From assembly GCA_008369845.1 (NCBI GenBank), contig MRSU01004210.1, positions 1-42,198 on the forward strand: a stretch of 42,198 bases of DNA, written 5' to 3'. The translations under genes and the position numbers were made by a program. The stretch comes from Trichomonas gallinae (Eukaryota). Positions 28,931 to 38,966 of this stretch are shown here, piece by piece. Position 1 is the stretch's first letter, and the number at the start of each line of letters is the position of its first letter. The notes beneath the pieces are model-generated. The model saw only the letters and a program-made list of their open reading frames with translations, searched no databases and was not told the DNA's origin.

Positions 28931-31333
28931 TCAAACTACAGAATTCTTGTTTGCTGGCCTTCCACAGATCAAGCAAGTGAATTTTGTAGCTGATGGACCT
29001 CCACCTTCGAATATTCTTTCGCCGAACTGCTGTAATACAATCTCCAACTCATCTCTTGTCACCCAGCTTAGGAAGGAAGCCTGCATGTTCTCTATCTGGT
29101 CGTTAAATGCAATTAGCATTTCTCTGACTTTGTCAAACATTCTTTCGACAAAATCCCTGTCGACTTTCTTATCTAGCAAGTTTACCAAGCTGTTTGCCAT
29201 CTTCGTCATCTCTTTAACTTTCTCGTCAACTTGTCTCATAACTCTTTCTCCATGCGCATTAAATGCTTGACCAGCGATCTTTGAAACTCTTGTCTCCAAC
29301 TGTTCATCTGTGATCACTGGAATTTGTGGTGCATCATTTCCGTGACTCGTCGAAGGACGCCTTGGCGGAGGTACTCCATACCTAATGATGATCTTCTGAG
29401 GCTGCAAAGATTGAACGATCGGTGCGTTTGGAGGCGGCATCTCATTGAAAGATGTTACAGCTGTTTCTTGGCTATCCATCTTCTCGTTGCTTTGCTGCCT
29501 TCCATTCTTTAGTGGGGGGAGTCTCTCAGGCTGCGCGTACATGTCAACGATTGGGAGTTTATCATAGCTAAATCTGACATCAGAGTTGTTTGATCCAGCC
29601 GTGAGCAGTCTTTGCTGGTTGGTGATGTGTGTTGGCATTGGTGGAAGATCTTCGACGAAATGTGCGAAAGAAAGGTCAATGAGTCTTCTGTGGTTAGGAG
29701 CCAATGAGTATTCAGTTCTCTTTCTCATGACTAATTTAGTTTTCTCTTTCTTTTCTTCCTCTTCTTCCTCCTCCTCTTCTTCTTCTTCCTCTTCATCTTC
29801 CTCCATCTTGAATTTCTCCTTGGACTTCTCTTTGGCTTGTTCCTCTTCTTCTGACACTTTGGAGCTTTCTTCCTCTTCTGATTCTTTCTTTTCTGCTTTC
29901 GCTTTCTGGTCTTTTTCGTCGTCACTTTTAGCGTCGTGCAAACCGAGCTTGTATTCCATTGGCATATTCACCCTTCTCCTGATATTTGTCAGCTGGTCAA
30001 TTATTTGTTTTCTCGTTTCTTCGAATTCTGTTCTCAGGTTGAGCTGCTGTTGCGCGATTTGAACAATTCTTGAGTTGAATGTTTGGTTCAGCTGAAGAAT
30101 GTTGTCGGAAAGAGTTTTATTGTTATCCTGATGCACGATTTGCTGCTGCTGAAGCTGCTTGAGCGCTTCGGTGTGTTTGGCAAGCACAGACTTGATCCAT
30201 TCGATTTCTGTAACGACTTTCATAGAAGATTGCATCTGCGTTGTGTAAACTCTGTTCTCGATAACTTGCAGGACTTTGCTGTCAATATTTTCATCTGGAA
30301 GCGGAGTGGGTAGTTCCTTAGTGCTTATGAGAGTCGTCGTTGGCAGTGCTTCGACTTTTTCTATCTTTGACTTTAATGTATCTGGTTCGGGCGGAATATC
30401 ATCGAGATTAACCAAATTTGTATCTGTTTCTTTGATAGTTGGCTTCTCTATTACAGGATCTTTTAGCATATTTACAATATCTCTTGCCGAAATTCTTCCA
30501 GAACTGATATCTTCAGATCTGACTGGAATTGTCTTCAAAACAACACTCTGAAATGCTGAAGCTGTTGTTGATGGTGGAGCACGCTCCGGAGGCTTCTCCA
30601 TCACAGGAGTTGCTGGAATACTTTGGAAAGTTAACTGAAGAGCATCAAGTTTATTCTCCAATTGTTTTGTGACAACTGGAAAACTGATGGAGAACTCAGA
30701 TACCTGTGTCTCAATCTCTGGATATGTTGCTAGCATATTTTCGATATTTTTAAGTCTTGCTTCAATATACTCGGGTGTGTCATTATCTGCTGGTAGAGGT
30801 AATTGCTGAGCTAAATTTTGTTTTAATACAGCTGATCCAGTTGCTGAACTAACTCGTTGATATAATTGATCCATTTTCTTCCTAAAGAGCTGTATTTCTG
30901 TTTCTATGAGTCCTTCCTTGTTGTTGACTTCTATTAATTTGTCGTTAAATTTCTCGTTTTCGCTTCGATATTCCTGTGTAATTTGATCTGCAAGTCTTTT
31001 CGTTTCGCCGAGAGTTTCAAGATCTTGTGATTCGACATAATTCTTCATTTCTTCGTGCTTTTGTTCAATTACAAGCGATAATTTTTGAGATTGGGAATCG
31101 ATATATTTTTTGGCGGCGTTTAATTTAGAAGCAAGATCATCGATCTGTTCAAGAGCCTGATTGTATGTCTCTTTTGTAATCAGTTGTGGTATTGTTTCTT
31201 CAATAGTTTTCATTCTTGCATCATGAGACTTGAAAACTTTGATAATTTCCAAAATTGCATCCCTCAAACGATTCTTGTCCCATGTGACATCAACAAGGCT
31301 TTCGGCTTTTAACGCTTCGCCGAAATTTGTCAT
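28931..31333 (-). CDS. Coiled-coil protein with poly-Glu tract and DUF4795/QRICH2-like C-terminus
   Basis: Motifs LDKKVDRDFVERMF and KFTCLICGRP. Likely ATG at 31333. Confidence 0.65.
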   Translation of the reverse strand: MTNFGEALKAESLVDVTWDKNRLRDAILEIIKVFKSHDARMKTIEETIPQLITKETYNQALEQIDDLASKLNAAKKYIDSQSQKLSLVIEQKHEEMKNYVESQDLETLGETKRLADQITQEYRSENEKFNDKLIEVNNKEGLIETEIQLFRKKMDQLYQRVSSATGSAVLKQNLAQQLPLPADNDTPEYIEARLKNIENMLATYPEIETQVSEFSISFPVVTKQLENKLDALQLTFQSIPATPVMEKPPERAPPSTTASAFQSVVLKTIPVRSEDISSGRISARDIVNMLKDPVIEKPTIKETDTNLVNLDDIPPEPDTLKSKIEKVEALPTTTLISTKELPTPLPDENIDSKVLQVIENRVYTTQMQSSMKVVTEIEWIKSVLAKHTEALKQLQQQQIVHQDNNKTLSDNILQLNQTFNSRIVQIAQQQLNLRTEFEETRKQIIDQLTNIRRRVNMPMEYKLGLHDAKSDDEKDQKAKAEKKESEEEESSKVSEEEEQAKEKSKEKFKMEEDEEEEEEEEEEEEEEKKEKTKLVMRKRTEYSLAPNHRRLIDLSFAHFVEDLPPMPTHITNQQRLLTAGSNNSDVRFSYDKLPIVDMYAQPERLPPLKNGRQQSNEKMDSQETAVTSFNEMPPPNAPIVQSLQPQKIIIRYGVPPPRRPSTSHGNDAPQIPVITDEQLETRVSKIAGQAFNAHGERVMRQVDEKVKEMTKMANSLVNLLDKKVDRDFVERMFDKVREMLIAFNDQIENMQASFLSWVTRDELEIVLQQFGERIFEGGGPSATKFTCLICGRPANKNSVV
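29752..29804 (-). repeat. GAA/GAG-rich tract encoding poly-Glu
   Basis: Encodes EEDEEEEEEEEEEEEEE within the 28931-31333 CDS. Confidence 0.85.
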
Positions 31334-31490
31334 TTGCCCTGTAATATTTTTGAAGAAAATCAAAAAACGTACATTTTGCCAAATTTTGAGCGAAGTATTA
31401 CATCGAGCTTGTTCATGAGCAATATTCCTGGCACATCGGGCATGCTTCACTGGTGCTGGTTTTGAGCTAAATCATATTTGTTTTTTCAAA

Positions 31491-31690
31491 TTCATTTCCA
31501 TAACTCCAGCAACTCATTATTTTGTGCAACAAGTGGGGCCTTTGCTGTTGCATAAATGTTTTTTCTTGAAACAAAATTCATATAAAAAAAAATTAATTTC
31601 CATGACTTCAGCAGCTTATTATTATGTGAAACAATTGATGCCTTTGCTGTTGCATAAATGTTTTTTCTTGAAACAAAATTCATATAAAAA
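31491..31690. repeat. Tandem duplication with a 102-bp period
   Basis: Identical 51-bp cores at 31538-31588 and 31640-31690; the upstream halves are diverged but alignable. Confidence 0.9.
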
Positions 31691-31729
31691 TCATTACATT
31701 TATCTTGACAAATTATAGAAAAGATCAAT

Positions 31730-32475
31730 CTTTTACAAAGTTTATAATGGTAAACGCTTTATTCTCAATGTTGAGTTGTCAAAGAAATTTGATTTATCCT
31801 GAAATATCAATATATATATAACACAAGGAAAGGACTATGCTTTGTTGCTTTAAATCAGCTTTTTTATACATCATTCATCTATCACAATTATAAAAATGAT
31901 ATTTTAATTTGGAATAATTGAACAACGTAATTCTTTTCCCTATTCCACAGTAATTCATTGTTTCAATATACTTAAGCATGTGATAAAAAATTAATAAATC
32001 ATGATTAAAAAGCTCATTTGAAGAATAATAAAAAATAAGTTTCTACTCGTTTCCCTAAAGAGTAGAGTCTAATTATGTGACAGATCGAAGATTTATATAT
32101 GATGAAGTTTTTCTTCGAAATCGACTAAACAAAAAACTCTCAGCAATAATCTAGAAATGCTGGATAAAAGACACTGACAGTCGCATTGTTTGTGGACAGC
32201 TCATAGACAAAATTACTGAGATAGCTGAACAAGTTTTAACACAACAACGTTAAATGGATTAATATAACAATTTCTCCGATGAGATTGAAAATGATTCTAA
32301 ACAAGAATATGGAACTTATGAAATGTTAAAATTAGCCTATGAAAATGGATTTTATCACTGTTGTGAGGCATTAAGAAAAATACTCGAAACTTATGGTTTT
32401 AAGATGAATGATCGCATGGCAAAATATAAAAAGCTATTGTCCTTAACACCTTTTTATAGATATTCTTTCCAATGA
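31730..32475 (+). pseudogene. Protein kinase (TKL-like) pseudogene
   Basis: DKKLINHD*KA (31982-32014, a decayed IIHRDLK) and LSAII*KCWIKDTDSRIVCGQLIDKI (from 32137, subdomain XI), followed by an open tail ...LKLAYENGFYHCCEAL... to TGA 32473-32475. Contains stops and a frameshift. Confidence 0.6.
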
Positions 32476-32577
32476 TACTTTCTTGAAAAATTCAAAAAAT
32501 AATTTGTCGTATTAAGGGATGTTGGGCATTTCTATAAAAAACATATAACAAACATTTATATATAACAAAAAATCAAA

Positions 32578-33561
32578 CTAAAACGTTTCATAATTAGAAT
32601 TTTGTTGAATTGGTCGTTTTGCGGCCTTAAACCTTGAAGACATTTTTTGTTTTGGTTTAGACATATATGCATTCTTTGAAAATTCCATGTCTTCCAAAAA
32701 TCTTGGAGGTTTTTGATTTTTTCCTTCTATATAGCCTCTCAGCTTCTTGCCACAGTATGTATCTGCCATATCTTTCTGTACTGTCGCCTCTTCGGTCAAT
32801 TCTTCCGGCGTAAGAAGTTGTTCATGTTCAAAAATATTTTCTTCTTGAACGGAATGGTCGTAAATTGCCCTTTGCACTTTCCTTTGGCCTTTAGACAGTT
32901 TAACGTTTACGGTAGAGCCAACTGTCTGTTTTGATAATACTCCATTTATTTCATGAACTTTTTTATTCTCGTATACATTATATATTTCTCTGCAATGCCT
33001 CCACACGCTGTTTTTTAGATCTTTTATAGCTTTGGCATCAGTAGGTTCGATTATTTGTTCATTCTTTGGTTTAACTAGCATTTCACATGATAATTGCTTA
33101 ATAAAATTGTCCTCTTTATCATAATCAACGGAAATAAATGAATCTGATTTTTCAATCATAGGTTTTCGTTGAGGAATTGGAATTTCGGCTTTCTTTGTCT
33201 CCCTATATTGCTTCATTTCTTGTTCTTTCTCTTGCACTTGATTCTGTAGCTGTAACAGCTTAGATTTAGATCTGTATATTTTCATTGTTTCGCGGAATTC
33301 AGGTTCCGGATCTAATAATTTCATTTCCTCACGGCTAAAGGTAATATTTGTTGCTGGAAATGGTTTGTACACTCTTTCTGGAGTAGCTGGCGCTGAATTA
33401 GACTGTCGTGGTGAATTTTTTTTCGATGGTGAAGACGATGCAGATTTATAAGACTTAGATTGAATCGTGATCCATGGAACATTCATCGATTTCAACTGCA
33501 TGAACTTCTTCTCTTCAACATACGGTGTCATTGGGCTTTTTGGAGTCAATGGACTCCACAT
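32578..33561 (-). CDS. Hypothetical protein (S/P/K-rich, coiled coil)
   Basis: 327-aa ORF with an Inr-like TTCATC immediately before the ATG. Confidence 0.8.
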   Translation of the reverse strand: MWSPLTPKSPMTPYVEEKKFMQLKSMNVPWITIQSKSYKSASSSPSKKNSPRQSNSAPATPERVYKPFPATNITFSREEMKLLDPEPEFRETMKIYRSKSKLLQLQNQVQEKEQEMKQYRETKKAEIPIPQRKPMIEKSDSFISVDYDKEDNFIKQLSCEMLVKPKNEQIIEPTDAKAIKDLKNSVWRHCREIYNVYENKKVHEINGVLSKQTVGSTVNVKLSKGQRKVQRAIYDHSVQEENIFEHEQLLTPEELTEEATVQKDMADTYCGKKLRGYIEGKNQKPPRFLEDMEFSKNAYMSKPKQKMSSRFKAAKRPIQQNSNYETF

Positions 33562-33921
33562 GATGAATAAACCCTTACACCAGATCTAAAAGGTGACAAA
33601 AATTTTACAACGACGAAAATTTTCATTGAAACATACTGACATGTAAATTCTACAATTTTAAATTTTGCTTTGTAAACTATTTTAAATGGCATATTTATTA
33701 TCTATTATTCTTAATAAATCAAACTCCAATATTTAGTGTTCACTCTTTATAAAAACCTCAACCATGACTGAAAAATTATTTCAAATGCAATTACAGCATT
33801 GGAAAGATAAACTAAAAAAAATATAATTTGTTGGAGCAAATTTGCTAAAGCATACTATATAATAGATCAATATAATAGATGGATGTTTCAAAGATAAACA
33901 ATTTATAAATACATAACAAAA

Positions 33922-36906
33922 TTACATGTGTAATATTGGCTTCAAAGAATTGAGAATTTCGCTAACATCATTAAACTGTGGTGTTTCCATCTTCCATTTC
34001 AGATTTTGCAATTCGAATACGACATTCATTACGTTCATTGCTGCTGATACATAATCCAAGCATGCGATAGCATTTGAAAAAGCAGTGACCCTGCTATTCA
34101 CTGAGATTATCGCCTGCGAAATGCTAGGATCATGTTCGGCGATTTCGTCAGCTTTCGCAAGTGTTTGCTCCACATCCTGCTTGATTCCCTCCCATGTCTG
34201 CATGAGTTTGTTGAAGTCTTCGCCAGATGGACGTGGATAGTCGTCGATAGTCGTCTTATCAGATGATAACAACGACTGTCGCTTGAATTTATCAATCATT
34301 TCATCAAGTGACATAGAGACGGTTTCATTGTTGGAATTGTTAGAGTTTACCTTGTATAGTTCGTGTATTTCTTCCGGCTTGAGCGATGAAACGAGTTTAT
34401 GTATCTGGTGGGCGAATTGATCTGGTGAAACTTTGGGCGTGATTTTCGTAGTGCTGGCAATTCTCATCATTGCAATATGTTCGTATTCGATGAAGAATTT
34501 GATTGCTACTCTCAATAGGCTGACCATTGACACATAGGTGAATTTCTCGTCTACTGTTGGAGCAGGCTTCCTTACGAAATGCTGCTTGAGTTCCTTGACG
34601 GCATTGTCCACCATTTCGCTTCCAGTTTTTGCCAAAACCTGCTTAATGAGGTCAATCGCGTGGAATGATGCGAGGAAAACGGATGAATATGTTTCATTTC
34701 CTTCGTCGCTTTCTATTTGTACCATAATTGCCTTACGAAGGCACAGCGATCTGACCCTTAAGAAGAATGTGAGCTGCTGAACATTCAAGTCTTCATCAAG
34801 GAACTCTCTGAAGATTTGGATTTCAGGCGCTTTATATTGATGCTCTCTGGCACTGTTGATGAGATCCCAAGCACACTGCTGCGCAAGATATTGAAGGCCA
34901 TATTGTCTGGTAGACCATGAGAGCGCAAATGCAGGCATCGTTGAGATTTGGCGGCCTTCGTTTGTGTCTGTTGTGTCTTTCAGAGTCTTCTCGTCGAAAA
35001 CACTTCTCACTGCCTTTATCGTCCACTCGAATGTCCTTGGCTGCCTGTCGGAATACTTTGGATCGAGGAATTTCGTGAATGCATCCTTCTGCTGTCTCTC
35101 TGGGAGCATATTTGGATCGACTTGTGACTCCCTCGATGCTTTCATTGTAGGCGGGTTCACTGGAGCAGTCTGGCTTTCGTTTTGTCTGAAGCTTGGCCTC
35201 TCAACAGCTCGTTTTATGATTCCTGCGATGATAGAGCGCGCGTATATCTTTGCTTCATCGTTGTAAGCGTTGGGGAGATTGAAATAGCCTGTGATAGCAT
35301 TGGAAAAGTTGTCTGGGTTAATGTCGAAGATTTTGTTGCGCTTTAGGATGATTGTGCGAAGCTGGTTCCACTGGTCCATTGAAAGTGCTGTGTTTGGTGG
35401 CAAAATTGATGAAACTGCCGCGTAATCAGATTTCATTCTAGCAAATTCCTTCATCCTCTCAGCAGTGATTTCAGCTGGAATTCCTCCTTGTACAGATTCC
35501 TCAAGATTGAACTTCTCTTTCTTAGGAGCAGCTTTAGAAACTCCACCTTTTGTCTGGCATTCTTTGTCAGCTCTTTTGACGACAGACTTAGCAGCAAGCT
35601 TTTTGATGCTCTCTGCGATTGCATCCATGCTTTGTTTCTTCTTTTTCTTCTTCTTCTTGATTGGATTTCCATTTTCGTCTTCTTCTTCTGTGTCTGAATA
35701 ATAATACTCGTCATCTTCCTTGATTCCGAGCATATCTTTAACATCCTTCATTTCTTTGCTCATTTTGTCGATCTGGCTGTTTAACACTTTGATCTGGTAT
35801 GCTTTGTGCTGGTTATCATGGTCCATGTCTTGCTGCTTCTTCATCAACTCTTCGAATTCAGCAGCAAGTTTTTTGTATTCGCCGGTTAATCTCATGATTT
35901 CATTTGTGCTTGATTCTAGCAACTCTTTCGTGTTCAGATTCTCTTGTATCGCTTTGTTTGTTTTGGTTTGCTCTTCGCTGATTTTTGTTTCAAGACTTTC
36001 TTTGACTCTCATCAAGTCGCTCACTTGATTTCGCAAAGTTTTGTGCTCCGACTCTAACTGAGGAATTTTTGCTTCGAAAAATGCTGCGTGTTCCTTATAT
36101 GTGAGATTTGAGTGCTTAAGACGCTCCATATTCGCTTCTGCTTCAAGCATTTTTTCTTTGAATTCTATTCTGGCTTTGCTAAGCTCATCCATTGCTTTCA
36201 ATGCAGATTGTTTTTCTTTATCTATTCTTTCTTGATATGATGGTATTTGATCAGCAGCATCTAGCATATAATTTCGTATGGACTGAAGTATTTCACCTTT
36301 CGTGCCGCATTCTATGAATCCTTGTCGAACAATTTCAGACATGATTGTATCATATGCATCACGCTGTTTTTCGAGTTTTTGTGCTTTAGAGAGACTAATG
36401 TCAGTACTAATTTGTGCAGTCATCGAATGCAACAAGTTGTTTAATGCTTCATAATTTTCTCGTGATGCAACAGAAGCTTTTCCTATAGCTTGCTCAGCCA
36501 TTAATGTCTGAGGAAATGTAATAGGTTGGTCTTCATGAAACAATTGTTCAATTTCTTGATTTGTTGGAATAATTGGATCTCTTGTAGGCGGATATACATT
36601 AAAAGGTTGTTTATTCGATTGTCGTAAATATTCTGATTCGTTTTTTAATTTAGGAAGAGGTCCATTTATTTGTCTTTCGATTATTATATCTTCAATTGAT
36701 TTTAATTGTGATGTTGAGCGTGGTTTAAAATCAGCAAATGATGGAGGCCCTTTCGGCTGTGGTTTTTTAATAACTGGTTGGAAATTGTCTGATAGTTTTT
36801 CTGGAGTTGAAACTCGAATCTCTTCGGGTTTCACATTTTTAACGAGTCCTGACGCAATAATAGCCTCTGAAAGGCTCGCAGCACCAGGAGCCTTTGGAGA
36901 TTTCAT
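33922..36906 (-). CDS. Axonemal dynein-light-chain-domain protein with coiled coil and TSNAXIP1-like C-terminal domain
   Basis: YDTIMSEIVRQGFIECGTKGEILQSIR (Ax_dynein_light-like) and WTIKAVRSVFDEK...RQYGLQYLAQQCAWDL...EIQIFREFLDED. Confidence 0.65.
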   Translation of the reverse strand: MKSPKAPGAASLSEAIIASGLVKNVKPEEIRVSTPEKLSDNFQPVIKKPQPKGPPSFADFKPRSTSQLKSIEDIIIERQINGPLPKLKNESEYLRQSNKQPFNVYPPTRDPIIPTNQEIEQLFHEDQPITFPQTLMAEQAIGKASVASRENYEALNNLLHSMTAQISTDISLSKAQKLEKQRDAYDTIMSEIVRQGFIECGTKGEILQSIRNYMLDAADQIPSYQERIDKEKQSALKAMDELSKARIEFKEKMLEAEANMERLKHSNLTYKEHAAFFEAKIPQLESEHKTLRNQVSDLMRVKESLETKISEEQTKTNKAIQENLNTKELLESSTNEIMRLTGEYKKLAAEFEELMKKQQDMDHDNQHKAYQIKVLNSQIDKMSKEMKDVKDMLGIKEDDEYYYSDTEEEDENGNPIKKKKKKKKQSMDAIAESIKKLAAKSVVKRADKECQTKGGVSKAAPKKEKFNLEESVQGGIPAEITAERMKEFARMKSDYAAVSSILPPNTALSMDQWNQLRTIILKRNKIFDINPDNFSNAITGYFNLPNAYNDEAKIYARSIIAGIIKRAVERPSFRQNESQTAPVNPPTMKASRESQVDPNMLPERQQKDAFTKFLDPKYSDRQPRTFEWTIKAVRSVFDEKTLKDTTDTNEGRQISTMPAFALSWSTRQYGLQYLAQQCAWDLINSAREHQYKAPEIQIFREFLDEDLNVQQLTFFLRVRSLCLRKAIMVQIESDEGNETYSSVFLASFHAIDLIKQVLAKTGSEMVDNAVKELKQHFVRKPAPTVDEKFTYVSMVSLLRVAIKFFIEYEHIAMMRIASTTKITPKVSPDQFAHQIHKLVSSLKPEEIHELYKVNSNNSNNETVSMSLDEMIDKFKRQSLLSSDKTTIDDYPRPSGEDFNKLMQTWEGIKQDVEQTLAKADEIAEHDPSISQAIISVNSRVTAFSNAIACLDYVSAAMNVMNVVFELQNLKWKMETPQFNDVSEILNSLKPILHM

Positions 36907-37038
36907 TATTTATTATCAAATATTACAATAAAATCTCGAATTTATAAATTTAAAAAACGTGCTGAAATTTTTGTCATGTATATTGACAAATTTGTCGTGT
37001 AAATTCTCAAATATGTCATCATCACCAAAATTGACAAA

Positions 37039-37662
37039 ATGGATCATCGAATGCCCATGGGCAACTATGGTGGGATGCAAATGCCCCAGCAACCACCTCC
37101 CGGAGGTGTTCCACCACATCCACAGTATCAAGGTCAGCCCAGACCGGATGCTCGGCCGAATCGAGCAAATATTAATCCAACAGCTGTATTTAACGAAATT
37201 CTTCAGACAATTGACCCAAATGTAACTTTAGAAACTGAAGCTGCATCTTTTATAAATCAGATGATGGCAACATATATTAACAAAATTGCTAGTTACGCCA
37301 TGCACGGACAAGATCAGAGTAAACCATATCACCTCAGCTATGATGCTGCAAAAATGGCTATAAACTTACTAACATCAGCGACAACTTCTCCAGATAATAA
37401 GGCATCTTTGCAAGCTCAAAAGCAACAGGCAAATTCAATGGGTAATCCAATGCACATGAACCAAATGGGAAATCCGATGCAAACAAATCAAATGCAGATG
37501 CAAAATCAATATGGTATGCAAATGCAAAACCAGTATGGAATGCCAATGCAATCCAACCAATATGGAATGCAGATGATGCAGCCTCCTGGACAAGTAAATC
37601 CAAAACACGCCCACAGATTAGATGCAGTACGAAAATACAAGCAACAGAAAGAAAATCAATAG
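37039..37662 (+). CDS. TAF12-like histone-fold protein with M/Q-rich low-complexity regions
   Basis: FNEILQTIDPNVTLETEAASFINQMMATYI and C-terminal KHAHRLDAVRK resemble TAF12 (LQDLVREVDPNEQLDEDV...AHKQRMALIRK). Confidence 0.6.
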   Translation: MDHRMPMGNYGGMQMPQQPPPGGVPPHPQYQGQPRPDARPNRANINPTAVFNEILQTIDPNVTLETEAASFINQMMATYINKIASYAMHGQDQSKPYHLSYDAAKMAINLLTSATTSPDNKASLQAQKQQANSMGNPMHMNQMGNPMQTNQMQMQNQYGMQMQNQYGMPMQSNQYGMQMMQPPGQVNPKHAHRLDAVRKYKQQKENQ

Positions 37663-37835
37663 ATATTATGATTGTTATGTTTATTTTTTATCCATTTTTG
37701 TTTATTTTATTGTATTTTATTTGTTTTAAAAGAGATGAATATTAGATATATTTTAGATATTTGTTCTATGAACTACATAAAATTGATATACGTAAAAAAA
37801 CACATTAATTTACATGATGAGAGATAGATGTTTTT

Positions 37836-38690
37836 TTAGTGTATATTAAAATTATTGAATACAGGTAGTTTGAGAGCTTCTGAAGCAGATATTCTCTTAG
37901 AAGGATCGACTTCTAAGAGAACAGATACGAGCTGCTTTAACTCTGGACTTGTGTTCGGAATAATATTTAGAAGACCAACAGGCTGAATTGGTTCTGTTTG
38001 TTTTTTAATTTCGGAAAAAGCGCTTTCGACAGCCTCAGAACCAAATAATATCATCACTTTTTCCATCAATTCTTCGTTGGAACCGCATTGGAACAAAGGC
38101 TGGCCAGTGATCATCTCGACAATCACACAGCCAGCGCTCCATATATCAACAGGGAAACCGTAGTTTTGATTTCCGAGCAAAATTTCAGGAGGCCGATACC
38201 ATCTAGTAATAACCTCTGTAGAAAGAGAGTCCACTGGTATAAATGTGGACCTGGCTAAACCAAAGTCCGCAAGCTTTAGCTCCCCCTTCCTATTTAAAAG
38301 AATATTTTGTGGTTTAACATCTCGGTGAATAATATATTTCGAGTGAATAAATTCGAGTGCAGATAACAGTTGGTATGAAAATGAGATGATTTCGCTCTCT
38401 GTTAATATGTTTTCTTTCGATTGCATATATCTTCTTAAGTCCCAGTCACAATATTCGAATATTAAAGTAAGGGTGTGCTGAGAATGAACGACATCATAGA
38501 GCTGGACTATATTTTTGTGTTTTAGCTCTTTTAAAAGCGCAATTTCTCGAATGGCTGATGATGGAATTCCTTCCTCTTGGCTTTCGAACTTAATTCTTTT
38601 GATAGCAACAATCTCCTTGTTTTGGGTATTCTGTGCTTTATACACAACTCCATATGTTCCCTGACCAATTCGATTGAGCTTCGTATACAT
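37836..38690 (-). CDS. Cyclin-dependent kinase (CMGC, CDK5/cdc2-related; PSSAIRE)
   Basis: Motifs GQGTYGVV, VAIK, EGIPSSAIRE, HRDVKPQN, DFGLAR and TRWYRPPE. Confidence 0.95.
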   Translation of the reverse strand: MYTKLNRIGQGTYGVVYKAQNTQNKEIVAIKRIKFESQEEGIPSSAIREIALLKELKHKNIVQLYDVVHSQHTLTLIFEYCDWDLRRYMQSKENILTESEIISFSYQLLSALEFIHSKYIIHRDVKPQNILLNRKGELKLADFGLARSTFIPVDSLSTEVITRWYRPPEILLGNQNYGFPVDIWSAGCVIVEMITGQPLFQCGSNEELMEKVMILFGSEAVESAFSEIKKQTEPIQPVGLLNIIPNTSPELKQLVSVLLEVDPSKRISASEALKLPVFNNFNIH

Positions 38691-38846
38691 TTTTTTTTAA
38701 TTTTGCAATATTTGTCACTTTACGTGTCGAAAATTTAATCTGTTCACACAAAAATTGTTTGGGAAATTTTTTGGTTTGGTTTTACGAAGTAATCAAAGTT
38801 TTCTGTGGGTAAAAGTCGCTTATTGAGATAAGCGAAATAATGGTCC

Positions 38847-38966
38847 ATGCTTTTAGATGCACACGGAGATACGTATTTCCGCACTTATTATCAACTTTAT
38901 ATGATATTATACCTGGAAAATAAGGAAATTGCCAAATTTCTTTTTTCAAGGAAATCTATTATGTGA
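38847..38966 (+). pseudogene. Ankyrin-like fragment
   Basis: 39-codon ORF MLLDAHGDT...ENKEIAKFLFSR, resembling the trichomonad ankyrin consensus NNKEIAELLISHGA. Confidence 0.3.

Noticed and set aside
14532..28933. Alternative genetic code as an explanation for the internal stops
   Set aside because: Conserved genes here end normally at TAA (NuoE, Naa30, AP-4 sigma, CDK), TGA (meckelin) and TAG (TAF12-like), so the standard code applies.
10315..36906. Functional cluster of flagellar genes (ODA-DC, meckelin, DUF4795-like, dynein-light)
   Set aside because: The genes are interspersed with unrelated genes on both strands, and this density is plausible by chance in a flagellate.
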